Shown here piece after piece: positions 38,693-51,696 of a stretch of DNA of 64,000 bases. A program made the position numbers and the translations under genes. Source of the stretch: Octopus vulgaris. Lineage: Eukaryota. Each line of letters begins with the position of its first letter. Within the stretch, counting starts at the first letter, position 1. The notes under the pieces were generated by a model, which made no database searches, was not told the DNA's origin, and saw only the letters and a list, made by a program, of their open reading frames with translations. Location: positions 17,980,001 through 18,044,000 of the forward strand of contig OX597823.1 of NCBI GenBank assembly GCA_951406725.2, given 5' to 3'.

Positions 38693-38721
38693 GTTATTGT
38701 TCAGGTCACTGCTTGGAATCG

Positions 38722-38812
38722 TGGCGCCTTGGGCAAGCGTCTTCTACAATAGCCTCGGGCCGACCAAAACCTTGTGAGTGGATTTGGTAGACGGAAATTG
38801 AAAGAAGCCTTC
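38722..38812 (+). mobile_element. SINE-B head fragment
   Basis: TGGCGCCTTGGGCAAGCGTCTT...GGATTTGGTAGACGGAAA. Confidence 0.8.
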
Positions 38813-38823
38813 GTATATATATA

Positions 38824-39340
38824 TCTCTTATTATAAAAGGCAGATTTTATCTGCCTCCCTTTGGGAGTTATAGAAATCTACAATATAGGATTTCTTCAAT
38901 TACAATTTACCTAGCATTTTTAAGAGTAGAATGCATCGCGTCATGCCAGGTCCAGTTTTTAAAATTTAAACTCCAATAAAGCAAAATTTACAGAAAACTC
39001 ACATTCTGGTGTGTGTGTCAAATGCTTTTCTTAGTCTGGTTTACACCACACGCAAACGCACACACACAGTGTGCAACGAATAAAATGAAAATAAATAGCG
39101 ACAGAGTGAGTTGAGGAAGACTAAACTGAAAGTATTTAAACCACTACTCAAAAAATAAAAAAACACAGCAAACAGAAACAAATAAATACATAACCATTTA
39201 CTCCTCACACAATTTCTTCAATTAGAATTTACCTAAGATTTTTCAAAGTACTCCATTCGCTCATGCCATAATATATTTCTTTCAATTTCACCCCCAATTA
39301 AGACAAAATTCGAGAAAACTCAATATTTTAACATATCACT
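38824..39340 (+). mobile_element. Probable Helitron 5' fragment
   Basis: Starts TCTCTTATTATAAAAGGCAG after (TA)n; no 3' CTAG hairpin located, so the end is uncertain. Confidence 0.35.
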
Positions 39341-39700
39341 CCGAAAGCATTGATGTACATGTGTGCGTGCGTGAGTGTGTGTGTCATTCCTCACATACAC
39401 GCATACACATACATATACAACTACATACACATACAACTACATACAAACACGTGTGTGTTTGTTATTAGTAAAAAAGGCGCCAAAACCCAACTCACTTATC
39501 ATTCCAACACATTTGCAAAGACACACGGACGGACAGAAAAGGTAAATTGGTTTTTATTTTACTCTGTATATATTTTATTATATAATATTATATATAGATA
39601 TATGTATATATAATTGCAGTATGAAACAGTGTTTATGTATAAACAGACGACACTTATATATAGTTATTATAATAAGAGATTAATAAATGTATGCATCCGT

Positions 39701-40030
39701 TTAACCTTTTCGTTACCAAGCCGCCCGAATTTACCTATTCATATTTAAATGAGAATATCAGAGCAAATCTCTTCAGTACATTCGTGAAAACACGTATTAT
39801 ACTTCGTAAACACTTCAACTACAGTTTTGTACAAAAATCGAAGTGTAATTTTAATTCCGTGAATTATGGGAGATTTTTTTTCCGAAATTTGTTCCTATTG
39901 TGTTTTCAAAATTTGTAATTCTGACAAAAAATGGATACGAATTTCATTATATCAAGCAGCGAGTCAGAATTCGAAGGATTTTCTACTGAAGACCTTCATA
40001 AATCTAACTCTATGACTGAAAAAAAAAAGC
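39701..40030 (+). mobile_element. piggyBac-like 5' end fragment
   Basis: TTAA then CCTTTTCGTTACC; acidic ORF start MDTNFIISSSESEFEGFS resembles piggyBac N-termini; interrupted by a Helitron; no right TIR found. Confidence 0.45.
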
Positions 40031-40031
40031 A

Positions 40032-40425
40032 TCTTTATATAAGAGTGAAGTTGTGTGTCTGTCTCCTACGATTTAGATTCCTAACTACTCCCACATTTTG
40101 CGGTGCAGTTTAACCAAAAGCGGGTATCTTATAGTCGTGATTCATATCGAGCCCTTCTGGGTATTAGCGTGCGTCTACGATGAGTCTACGATTTAAAAAA
40201 AATTTACCATCATATTTTTCCATTTTAATGCCTTTTTTCGCTTTTATATAAGGGAAATAACTCTCTAAAAATATCTACGATGTGTCAACGATTCAAAAAA
40301 CAATTTACCTTAATTTTTTTTCAATTTTTAATGCTTTTTTTGCTATTTTTTTGCTATAACTCTCTAAAAATGCTTATATAGTTATTTCCCTTACAAACCC
40401 GAGCAACGCCGGGCGATACTGCTAG
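40032..40425 (+). mobile_element. Non-autonomous Helitron
   Basis: 5' TC, 3' CCCGAGCAACGCCGGG hairpin plus CTAG, A|T site; same family as 4882-5275. Confidence 0.85.
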
Positions 40426-40428
40426 TGC

Positions 40429-40463
<35 letters not shown>

Positions 40464-40994
40464 GGTGTGTGTATTTCTGTTTGTGTGTCTGTGTTTGTCC
40501 CCCCAACATCACTTGATAACCGATGCTGGTGTGTTTACGTCCCCGTAACTTAGCAGTTCGACAAATAATTCCGATAAAATAATTACCAGAAAGAAAATTG
40601 TGCTGAGATCGATATTAGTCGCCAAATACACAGGCACGTTAAAGAGTTGATCCAATCAAGAATAAACACACACACACACACACACACATACACACACGCA
40701 CACACACACACACACGTACGCACATATGCACGTACACACACACACATAATCGCACACACCACGACAGACACATAATCACACACACATACGCAAACACATA
40801 CACACACACACACCGCACGCACACCACACACACATACACACACAGAATCACCCCCTTCACTCACACACATATAATTAATTATTTAATTAGTTCTCCGCTA
40901 TCGCGTCACGTGAACAGAACGGAAATAAGTCTCTAGAACCTTAGAATTTACGTTGATTTAGCAAAAAACTAAAGAAACGCGTGGAACATATTTG

Positions 40995-42015
40995 ATAGTG
41001 GTAGTGGTGGTGGTGGTGGTGTTAGGGACTCTAAAGGGGCTGGTACGGCAGGGATTGTGATGTTGGCGGAACGTTGGTGAGAGTGGTGAGGGTGGGGTGG
41101 CGGTAGTGGTGGTGGTTGTAGTAGTGGTGGAGGTGGTTGTGGTGGTGGTGGTGGTGGTGGTGGTGGTGGTGGTGGTGGCGGTGGTGGTTGTAGTAGCGGT
41201 GGTGTTGGTGGTGGTGGCAGTGGTGGTAGTGGTGGTGGTGTTAGGGACTCTAAAGGGGCTGGTACGGCAGGGATTGTGATGTTGGCGGAACGTTGGTGAG
41301 AGTGGTGAGGGTGGGGTGGCGGTAGTGGTGGTGGTTGTAGTGGTGGTGGAGGTGGTTGTGGTGGTGGTGGTGGTGGTGGTGGCGGTGGTTGTAGTAGCGG
41401 TGGTGTTGGTAGTGGTGGCAGTGGTGGTGTTAGGGACTCTAAAGGGGCTGGTACGGCAGGGATTGTGATGTTGGCGGAACGTTGGTGAGAGTGGTGAGGG
41501 TGGCGGTGGCAGTAGTGATGGTGGTGATAGTGGTGGCGATGGGTGGTGTTGGTGGTGGTGGTGTTGGTGGTGGTGGTGGTGGTGTGGTGGTGGCGGTGAT
41601 GGTAGTGGTGGTGGCGATGGGGGGTGTGATGGGGGTAGCGGTGGCGGCTGCGGTGATGATGGTGGCGGCGGTGGCGGTGGCGGCGGCGGTGGTGGTGGTG
41701 GTGGTGGTGGTGGTGGTGGTGGTGGTGGTGGTAGTAGTGGTGGTGTTGGTGGTTGTGATAGTGGTGGTGGTGGTGGTGGTGGTGGCGGTGGTGTTGGTGG
41801 TGGTGTTGGTGGTGGTGGTGATGGTAGTAGTGGTGGCGATGGGGGTGTGGGGGTGATGAGGGTAGCGGTGGCGGCTGCGGTGGTGATGGTGGCGGCGGCG
41901 GTGATGGCGGCGGTGGCGGTGGTGGCGGTAGTGGCGGCGGTGGTGGTGGTGGTGGTGGTAGTGGTGGTGGTGGCGGTGATGGTGATGGTGGTGGCGGTGG
42001 TGGTGGTGGTGGTGC
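40995..42015. repeat. GGT-rich complex minisatellite with three copies of a unique core
   Basis: Core GTTAGGGACTCTAAAGGGGCTGGTACGGCAGGGATTGTGATGTTGGCGGAACGTTGGTGAGAG starts at 41021, 41240 and 41429. Confidence 0.9.
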
Positions 42016-42447
42016 GGTGTGTGTCACAGCGTTGTTATAAACGATGATGCTTATGATGATGGTGATAACGCTGACGTTTTGCATTTTTTGTTTGTTTGTT
42101 TTTGTACTTTTTATGTCGAGAGGAAATAGCAAACTAATATTTTTTTTTTTTTTTTCTTACAAAAAGCTTTTATATATATTCGTTCATTTATTTATTATTT
42201 GGTATTAAATTTTTCGAAGTCTCAATTCCCCTCCCTAAGCACTTAAACCCCCCTCTCACAATTCAAGAAATAATCCCTAACGGGAGCAAATGCAAACGAC
42301 AACAAAATTGAATTTGCTTAACACGACAAACAGACACCCAATAGCATGAGAACGCGAGCTTATGTTAACCCTTAATAGGGGCAGTGACCTTATTTGATAT
42401 ATATATACACACACAGAAACACAGACAAACATACATACATACATACA

Positions 42448-42518
<71 letters not shown>

Positions 42519-42601
42519 TAATTAAGGGTAGAAATTGATATTTATCAATTAAGACCAGTGGTCTAGCATATTAAAAAAGAATCCGAAGATTAAAATATTT
42601 G

Positions 42602-42767
42602 TATATACCAATTAAGGACTGAACACGAAAAGTGGACAGTCAACATGCTAGATATAGACGTCAAATCGCCATTCACCACAAAAGATTATGTTCTCAGATC
42701 AAGACTGGCGATTTGGCGTCTATATCTAGCATGTTGACTGTCCACTTTTCGTGTTCAGTCCTTAATT

Positions 42768-42775
<8 letters not shown>
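42602..42775. repeat. Near-perfect inverted repeat (70-bp arms, 34-nt loop)
   Basis: Arms 42602-42671 and 42706-42775, one mismatch. Confidence 0.9.
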
Positions 42776-42814
<39 letters not shown>

Positions 42815-42818
<4 letters not shown>

Positions 42819-43210
42819 TCTTTACTCTTTTACTTGTTTCAGTCATTTGACTGCGGCCATGCTGGAGCACCACCTTTTAGTCGAGCAAATCGACCCCGGG
42901 ACTTATTCCTTGTAAGCCCAGTACTTATTCTATCGGTCTCTTTTGCCGAACCGCTAAGTGACGGGGATGTAAACACACCAGCATCGGTTGTCAAGCAATG
43001 CTAGGGGGACAAACACAGACACACAAACATATATATATACATATATACGACAGGCTTCTTTCAGTTTCCGTCTACCAAATCTACTCACAAGGCATTGGTC
43101 GGCCCGGGGCTATAGCAGAAGACACTTGCCCAAGACGCCACGCAGTGGGACTGAACCCGGAACCATGTGGTTGGTTAGCAAGCTACTTACCACACAGCCA
43201 CTCCTGCGCC
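42815..43210 (-). mobile_element. SINE-B full length
   Basis: Shares diagnostic variants with 17362-17787 (GACAGGC, GGCATTGG, CCCGGGG). Confidence 0.9.
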
Positions 43211-43238
43211 ATATATATATATGTATATGTATATATAT

Positions 43239-43320
<82 letters not shown>

Positions 43321-43389
43321 GTATGTATGTATGTATGTATGTATGTATATATGTATATACATATATATATTTATATATGTATATATATT

Positions 43390-43615
43390 CTTTTATTCTT
43401 TTACTCTTTTAATTGTTTCAGTCATTTGACTGCGGCCATGCTGGAGCACCGCATTTAGTAAAGCAAATCGCACCCCCAGGACTTATTTTTTTTAAACCTA
43501 GTACTTATTCTGTCGTTTTCTTATGCCGAACCGCTGGATTACGGGGACGCAAACACACCAGTATCGGTCGGTTGCCAAGGGATGTTGCGGGTGACAAACA
43601 CAGACACACAAACAT
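43390..43615 (-). mobile_element. SINE-B tail fragment
   Basis: Matches the 3' module. Confidence 0.75.
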
Positions 43616-43636
43616 ATGTACATACATACACAAACA

Positions 43637-43713
<77 letters not shown>

Positions 43714-43808
43714 ATATGTATATGTATTTATGTATGTATAGATATGTATCCATACATAATTATGTGTGTGCGTGTGTATAAGTATAACCATACACACATA
43801 TGCGTATG

Positions 43809-43867
<59 letters not shown>

Positions 43868-44724
43868 GTCATTATTCAGTTTTATTTCAAGGTTTCTTGC
43901 CAATGGAGAAGGAGCCGGTTTCTAACCTAGATTCAAAACTTCTTCATTGGAATTTCAGCATCAACAGGGTATTTTGTTTGTATGTATGTATGTATGTATG
44001 TATGTATGTATGTATGTATGTATGTATGTATGTATGTATGTATGTATGCATGTATGTATGTATGTATGAATGTATGTATGTATGTATGTATGTATATATA
44101 TGTATGTGTAGATTTGTATGTTTTACGTATGTATCCTCATGCATATAGTTGCATATCTCGACATGCTCATATATATTTAAATGATAAACTTCTGGAAAGT
44201 TTTACAGATCTTTACAGTTCCAGTGATGGAGTCTTCGAAATAGCTTTCTCCTTTCTGGTTTTGAGAAGCCTAATATTTATGCATGCATGTGTGTATGTAT
44301 GCATGTATGTATGTATGTATGTATGTATGTATGTATGTATGTATGTATGTATGCATGTATGTATGCATGCATTATATATGTATGCATGCACGTGCGTATG
44401 TATGTATGCGTATGTATGCACATTATGTATGTATGCACTCGATGTATTGCAACTGAGAATGTGACACGATGTATAAGTTTTGTTTTATAGTTTCCTACGC
44501 CGTATGTTCGCGGGCGCGCGCGTGTATGCGTATGTGCAAATATGCGTGAGTGTATGTGTGTGTGTGTATGTGCTTGTGTCTGTGTGTGCGTATGCGTGCG
44601 CGTGTCCCATAGTATTTCATAATATGTTTATTTCCTAATTTTCTGCTGTTTCCGAGTGTTACAGACATTTCCAGTCAACAATCCGGATATGACACATCAC
44701 ATCGACACACACACATGCACACAG

Positions 44725-44760
<36 letters not shown>

Positions 44761-44989
44761 ACACAATCACGCACTCAAACATTCGTACAGGCATTCATAT
44801 CTGCGCGCGCGCGACATGTATATATATATATATGTGTGTGTGTGTGCACGTGTTTAAGTGTGTGTGTGTGTGTGCACGTGTTTAAGTGTGTGTATGTATT
44901 TGTGTGAGCATGCGTGTGCGTATATACACACAAATACGCCATAGTACGAAAATATAGTTCGTTGCACTTGCATATGCCATGCAAAAGAT

Positions 44990-45032
44990 AATTATACATA
45001 CGCATGCGCACATATATGCGTATATGCGTATG

Positions 45033-45074
<42 letters not shown>

Positions 45075-45101
45075 TATAGACATATATATATATAGACATA
45101 C

Positions 45102-45163
<62 letters not shown>

Positions 45164-45296
45164 ATATATATATGTATATATACACACACATGTATATACA
45201 TATATGCATACATATATATATATATATATATACTTATATATATATATGTGTATATATATATGTATATATACACACACACACATATATATACATATA

Positions 45297-45332
<36 letters not shown>

Positions 45333-45518
45333 TTATATATATATATGGACATATATATATATTCTTTTTTTCTTTTATGTGTTTCTGCCAGGTGGAAGTG
45401 GTCATGCTGGAGCACCACCCCGATCTTTCACCCTTTATTTTTGTACCCTCTCTACAATCCTTCCGTGGTTCCTCTCGTCCGACTAATGCGATTCCAGCAA
45501 ATACGTATGAATATGTGC

Positions 45519-45576
<58 letters not shown>

Positions 45577-45600
45577 GCATATAAGCATGTGTATCTACAT
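44990..45600. repeat. (TA)n/(TG)n compound microsatellite field
   Basis: Direct reading. Confidence 0.95.
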
Positions 45601-46084
45601 TTACATACATATATATGCATATAAATGTGTCTATATGTATATATTAATGTGTGTATGTGTGTGTGCGTACAAATATTGGTGAAAAGTAAGATATTTCCCG
45701 TTACGTCTGCGACACAAAGTTACATAAATAGTTGTTTGTAATATAAAAGAGATCAAATGAGAGAAAGAATGGCGAGGATGATATGGAAAAAAAATAAGAA
45801 GAAAGAAGGAGTGGGGACCCTGACTGAAAGAGAAAGGAGCAAAAATGGAATATAGTGTGGGGGGAGGAGGAGGAGGAGGATGGTAAAGAAAAATAAAAGT
45901 AGTCTGGGAATTATGGGAGTAGGAGGGAATATATTGGGAGAAAAATGAAGGAAAGGAAGAAGGTGATGAAGTGAAAGTTTTTTTTTGGGGGGGGGGGAAG
46001 AATTATCGATAAACAATGGAGTGGATATGTTAATCTGTATTTGATAATATTAGTGTGGTTTGTATGATTGATAAAAGGTTAATG

Positions 46085-46480
46085 AAGAAGAAGGGAAAGG
46101 AGAAGAAGAAGAAGAAGAAGAAGAAGAAGAGGAGGAGGAAGAGGAGGAGGGAGGGGGAGGAGAACGAGATGAAGGAGGAGGAGGAGGATGACGAGGAGAC
46201 GAAGAAAAATAGATGAAAGAGGAGAGAAGAGGAGAGAAGAGAATGAAGAGGGAGAAGGAGGAGGAAGAGGAGGAGGAGGTAGGGGAGAGGAAAAATGAAG
46301 AAGTAGATGATGATGATGATGACCACGACAACGATGATGATGATGATAATGCAGAAGAAGGAGAAGATGATGATGATGATGATGACGATGATTGTGACGA
46401 TGATGATGAAACCAAGATAAAGAAGAAAATCAAGAAAGGAAGAAGAGGAAGAAAAAAGGATAAAGAAAAAGAAAAAAAAA
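46085..46480. repeat. (GAA/GGA/GAT)n purine-rich low-complexity tract
   Basis: Direct reading. Confidence 0.9.
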
Positions 46481-46874
46481 TGTAGTGTGAGGGGCAAGCC
46501 AATGAAAGAGATCGGGCCGGAGATACAGAATAGAGAAATTTTTAAGAAGTAAGTGAGGGTGACAGGAAGACCGTGAGAGAGAGGGGGAGAGAGAGGGAGA
46601 GAGAGGGAGAGAGAAGCTGAAACAATATTGTGAGATGGTAATGTTACAGAGAATCCCTTAACCATGTGACATCTCGTGGCCAATCAAAAATGATCAACAT
46701 TAATGGAGCCACGTCAGCAATTGACAGAGAAAAGGGATTTCGTGAAGTATAAGGGAAAATGTTGAAAATTTGCCGATAAAATTTTGGAAATACTAGAAAT
46801 TTAGGATTTCATGCTTGTCTTAATATATTTCTTCAATATATATGTACAAGCGTGTATTTTGCACACACACACAC

Positions 46875-46925
<51 letters not shown>

Positions 46926-46991
46926 ACACACACACACACACACACTTACACTCTAACACATCCGTGCATGTATACGTACATACAAACTATA

Positions 46992-47056
46992 CTAGCATTA
47001 AAGACCCGTCGTTGCCGGGTCATAGTGCTAGTGCATGTATATATGTGTATATATGC

Positions 47057-47102
<46 letters not shown>

Positions 47103-47816
47103 ACATATTACATGTACATCTATATATATATACATCTACACATAACATGCAAAATACAAAGTTATATCTTGATATCGCTAGTGATAACAATACTCAAAAT
47201 ATATAACAGACTGGAATTGTTAGCTCTTTTTTTCTCTACATTGTATACTTTATAGACAATAGTCTTTTCTTTAATTTAATTTTTTATTATCCATCTGGAC
47301 TATTCCATTTCCGTATGCTAATTTTATTTTTAATTTATTCCCATTCATGTGAAACCACTTATTCAAGTTCAAATCATTGATGCAATTTTATACCAATTGC
47401 TATTTTTACTTTTGTATGTTACGATTATATTATACTTTAGTTTGATTTTAATTATTACTTACTACATATAATTCAATTGTTATTATTATTTTTATTGTTA
47501 AAGTGAAAGCATCTGACATAAAATAGAGAAATATGTTTGTTTCACTTTTAACACGTAATACTGAAATAGTGGAGAAGATATGATATATGGGCTCGCTCAC
47601 AAAAAGTTAAAATTTTTTGCCGATGACAACTGCATGGACCCTAAGTAAGGCATGTTTAAAATTTGAATGAAATTGGTTGTGTAGTTCTCAAGTTTTAGGG
47701 AATAGTAGTGGAGAAGATATGATATTGTTGTGGGCTCGCCCTTGGCAAAAAGTTAAGACAGACAGACACACAGACAGACAGACACACATTCTCAGTTTTA
47801 TATATATATATAAAGA
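46992..47816 (-). mobile_element. Non-autonomous Helitron/HINE-like element
   Basis: 5' TCTTTATATATATAAAAC on - strand at 47816, (GTCT)n near the 5' end, 3' CCCGGCAACGACGGGTC hairpin plus CTAG at 46992. Confidence 0.65.
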
Positions 47817-47819
47817 TAT

Positions 47820-47931
47820 ATCACCGTGACCGACTAGGCTATCATATGTTGCTATACATCGCTGGTCACAATGCGCTTCGCATTGTTTTAGCCTTCAAAT
47901 GACGCCACCCTGCTGGCTAAGCGAGAAGGCC

Positions 47932-47932
<1 letters not shown>
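47820..47932 (-). mobile_element. Solo tail Z fragment
   Basis: Reverse complement of 31300-31415. Confidence 0.8.
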
Positions 47933-47992
<60 letters not shown>

Positions 47993-48069
47993 GATATTAG
48001 GAGGAAAAATTAGATTTAGGATTAAATCTAATTTTATAGTATAAATATATATATATATATTATATTAAA

Positions 48070-48426
48070 TCTCTCTATATAAACGGCAGTTTGTCTGTGC
48101 GTGTTTCTGTGTGTCTGTTTGCTTGTACCCTCACTCTGACCACGGCTTTCAACCGATTCTGATGAAACTTGACACACACATAGCCCAATGTCATAATTCA
48201 GAACTAACGCAGCGAAAATTTTGAAAAGTTCCCCCAGTTCTGAAAAAATCGATAAATTCGACATGGGGTCGAGAATCAAAACACAAACCACAAACTGTCT
48301 ATCCACCTTTTTTAACTAAAAAAAATTTACCATCATTTTTTTCCATTTTTTTGCTATGTTTTGGCTATAACTATGCTTTATTGTTATTTCCTTACAAACC
48401 TGAGCAACGCCGGGCGATACTGCTAG
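48070..48426 (+). mobile_element. Non-autonomous Helitron (different 5' half, same 3' end as 4882 family)
   Basis: 5' TC, 3' CCTGAGCAACGCCGGGCGATACTGCTAG. Confidence 0.8.
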
Positions 48427-48694
48427 TTAGAGATAAAACCAATATTAGGCAAATCAAACAGTGAAAATCATAAACCAATACATAGAAATAAAATTAATTA
48501 ATAAAAAATATATAAAATATAAAATTCAAAATTTTAAATTTTAAATTAAAGTTAAAATTTAGAAAATTATTTAAATTAATAATTTATACTTATAAATTTT
48601 TAGATATATATATTTTATTATTATTTAATATATACATAAAAAATCTTGCACAACAAATATTTAAACATATATATATATATATTACACACCTATT

Positions 48695-48903
48695 ACCTGC
48701 CTCATTCATTAGATTGCGGCCACGCTACAGAACTGCCTTCAAGAGTCTTAATCGAACAGATCGATGCCGGTGCTTATTTGTTTTTAAAGCTTGGTACTTA
48801 TTGTATTGGGTCTTTTTTTGTCGAACTAGTAGCTTGCAGGACATAAACAAACCGACACCGGTTATCAAGCAGGGGGATCAAATAATATATATATGAATAT
48901 AGT

Positions 48904-48966
<63 letters not shown>

Positions 48967-49410
48967 ACATATACATCCAGGCATAAACATGCATACACAT
49001 TCGTATCATATGAATATATGTTTGTGTGTGGTTGTATGTTTGTACATGTGAGTGTGCGTGTGTATGTGTGATGTACGTATCTGTGAGTGCGCGTGTGTGG
49101 AACGCTTGCAAGAATATTCATATATCTCCATATATAGATATATGTATACACACACACGCTCTCTGTCTCTCTCTTTTTTTTCACTCTCTCTTTCACACAC
49201 ACTCTCTCTCTCTCAGACACACACATCTATTATTTACCTGCTTCAGTCATTGGATTGCGGCCATGCTACAGCACTGTCTTCAAAAGTCTTAATCGAACAG
49301 ATCGACGCCATTGCTTATTGTGTTGGGTTTTTTTTTGTCAAACTGTTAGCTTGCAGGACATAAACAAACCGACGCCGGTTATCAAACAGGGAGGATCAAA
49401 TACCAACACA
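48695..49410 (-). mobile_element. Two diverged SINE-B tail copies (48695-48880, 49235-49410)
   Basis: Share the private segment TCTTAATCGAACAGATCGA and GCTTGCAGGACATAAACAAACCGAC. Confidence 0.7.
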
Positions 49411-49425
49411 CACCATACACACACT

Positions 49426-49505
<80 letters not shown>

Positions 49506-50147
49506 CACACACACACACACACGCACACACTAATATATTAGTTCGAACACGCTACCTTAAAGATAGTATTTTTGCTGTAATATCGTGCCTTGCATGTACA
49601 GTTTTATATTATGTAACATACCATTATGATAGAATTGTTTTGACATAGATTAGACGTTTCGATCACGACCGTCTTATTATTTTTGAAGACTAGAAGTACG
49701 TATTTTAAAACATTGGTTACATTAAGAAATATCATAGGCAAAAAATGTTAGAATTGTTGTTTGCGATAGCGAAAGTAGGGTAAAATAACACCATTGGGAA
49801 ATACTGAGTTGAAATAAGGAACAACAGGTTATGTCGTGTTCTTTAAATGCACATGTTGTAAACATTTGATGATTTCAATCCGCTAATCATATGGCGATTC
49901 TCTCTAGTGTACAGGAAACGATAAAACTGGCATTTAAGACAGTAAATAACATTTATATGGTATGGGGAAATGATTAGTGTTTTAGAAAAAGAGACGCCCA
50001 TAGAAACTCAGGAGCGGAATGGGACGATTGGGCGCGGCTGTTTGGGCGCTGGCGATTTAGCACGGCTCACTGGATATTTAAACTGTTTTGGCAACAGTAC
50101 GTTCTGGTACTGGAAGCAAACACGCATATATACACATTCACACATAC

Positions 50148-50227
<80 letters not shown>

Positions 50228-50499
50228 TGAATACGTGCACAGAAACATATACGTATGGGTAGAGTGTGAGAGTGTAAGAGAGAAGCACTATGCACACATA
50301 CAAAAACAACTAGATACTCATATGCATAAAAAGAGACAGACAGACAGAAACAGTGAGGGAGAGAGAGAGGTGGGAGGAAGGGAGGGAGAGAGAGAGAGGT
50401 GAGAAGAAGTGAGGGAGAGAATAATAGAAACGTTAAAACGAGAGAAACATTGAAACGTCTGATGTCAAACCAGGCAGCGTCGAATCAGCACACTCAATA

Positions 50500-51100
50500 G
50501 GTGACGCTAAAAGAGCTGTAATAAAATTTCTCACAGCAACCCAGGAGGTTAGTAGCATTGTAGATAGATGGACATACATCGTATTAGGTTCAGGAACAAT
50601 GAAGAATCCCGGTTGAGGGTGGGTAAGTCGAACTCCTGTAGATTAAAACGCCATGCAAAAGGGGTCCATTTCAAGGACCGAAGAGGACGTTTATGGGAAA
50701 TAGCGGTAAGTGGCAAGGTCAGAGTGAGGGAAACTGAAAATTGAAAGATAGGCCATTGAATGAGTAAGATACAAGGATGGAAGGTGAGGAGGAAAAGTAA
50801 AGCGGTGAAGTTGGGTGTGAATTTCGACCATGGGTAGAGAGGTGTGATCGATGTTACGGGTTCAGAAGGAGGCGTCCCCCTTCCTTTACAATAGTGTGCA
50901 GGAAACTACGCCTCAGACAGTAGAAGACCAGCTGGTGAAATAGGGTCTCAAAAATGGAGGCGACAAAGGTGTAGGAATTGTAAGATTTATTGAAGATTTG
51001 GTGTGGTAGGAATACAAAGAGGTGAGGTAAAGTGAAGGTGAAGTAAAGGCGAGAATCGCTTAGTTTTAAAAAATAACGAGCGCAGTGAGGGAGAGATGAG
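50500..51100 (-). mobile_element. Possible very degenerate CR1/L2-like LINE 3' fragment
   Basis: Only weak residual motifs (e.g. GCCEKFYYSSF); composition typical of antisense LINE. Confidence 0.25.
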
Positions 51101-51504
51101 GCAAGTCAAAGCTGACACACCTACACACGTGTCGATGTGTGTGTATGTGTGTGCATGTTTGTATTACACTCACACATATGAGGTAATATCTGCGTGATCT
51201 ATCAAAAGGATGCAAATAGTAGCCACATTTAGCATTAAATCACACATCATAGCGGCCTATAAAGGATATGACACATTGGACAATGCAAAAAAAGATATGT
51301 TGCATATCGCACAATGTCTTTAAAAAGACATTGAGTACATTATGGAGTTTTAGAGGCGGATATTCCTCAAATGCCAATTCTAGCTGATCACTGAACATTT
51401 TACGAGGTTTGCGCTTAGCAACACCAGATTGCCCGACACTCGTTATCCATATTTATCTACTTCCGTATCCTTCAACCAATGGTTTTACTTACAATATCAT
51501 TATA

Positions 51505-51690
51505 TTCGTTTCCTACTCTAGGAAAATTTTGGGGGAAGGGGCCAGTCAATTAGATCGACCCGGTACGCAACTGGTACTTAATTTATCAACCCCTGAAAGG
51601 ATGAAAGGTAAAGATGGCCTCGGCGGAATTTGAACTTAGAACGTAAAGACAGACGAAATACCGCTAAGCATTTCACCAGGCTTGCCGCCT
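51505..51690 (-). mobile_element. SINE-A (tail 2), diverged
   Basis: Central domain plus CCCCTTCCCCCAAAATTTT tail. Confidence 0.8.
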
Positions 51691-51696
51691 TACAAA

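Noticed and set aside
41021-41030. TTAGGG telomere-like motif
   Set aside because: Single hexamer per minisatellite unit, not an array
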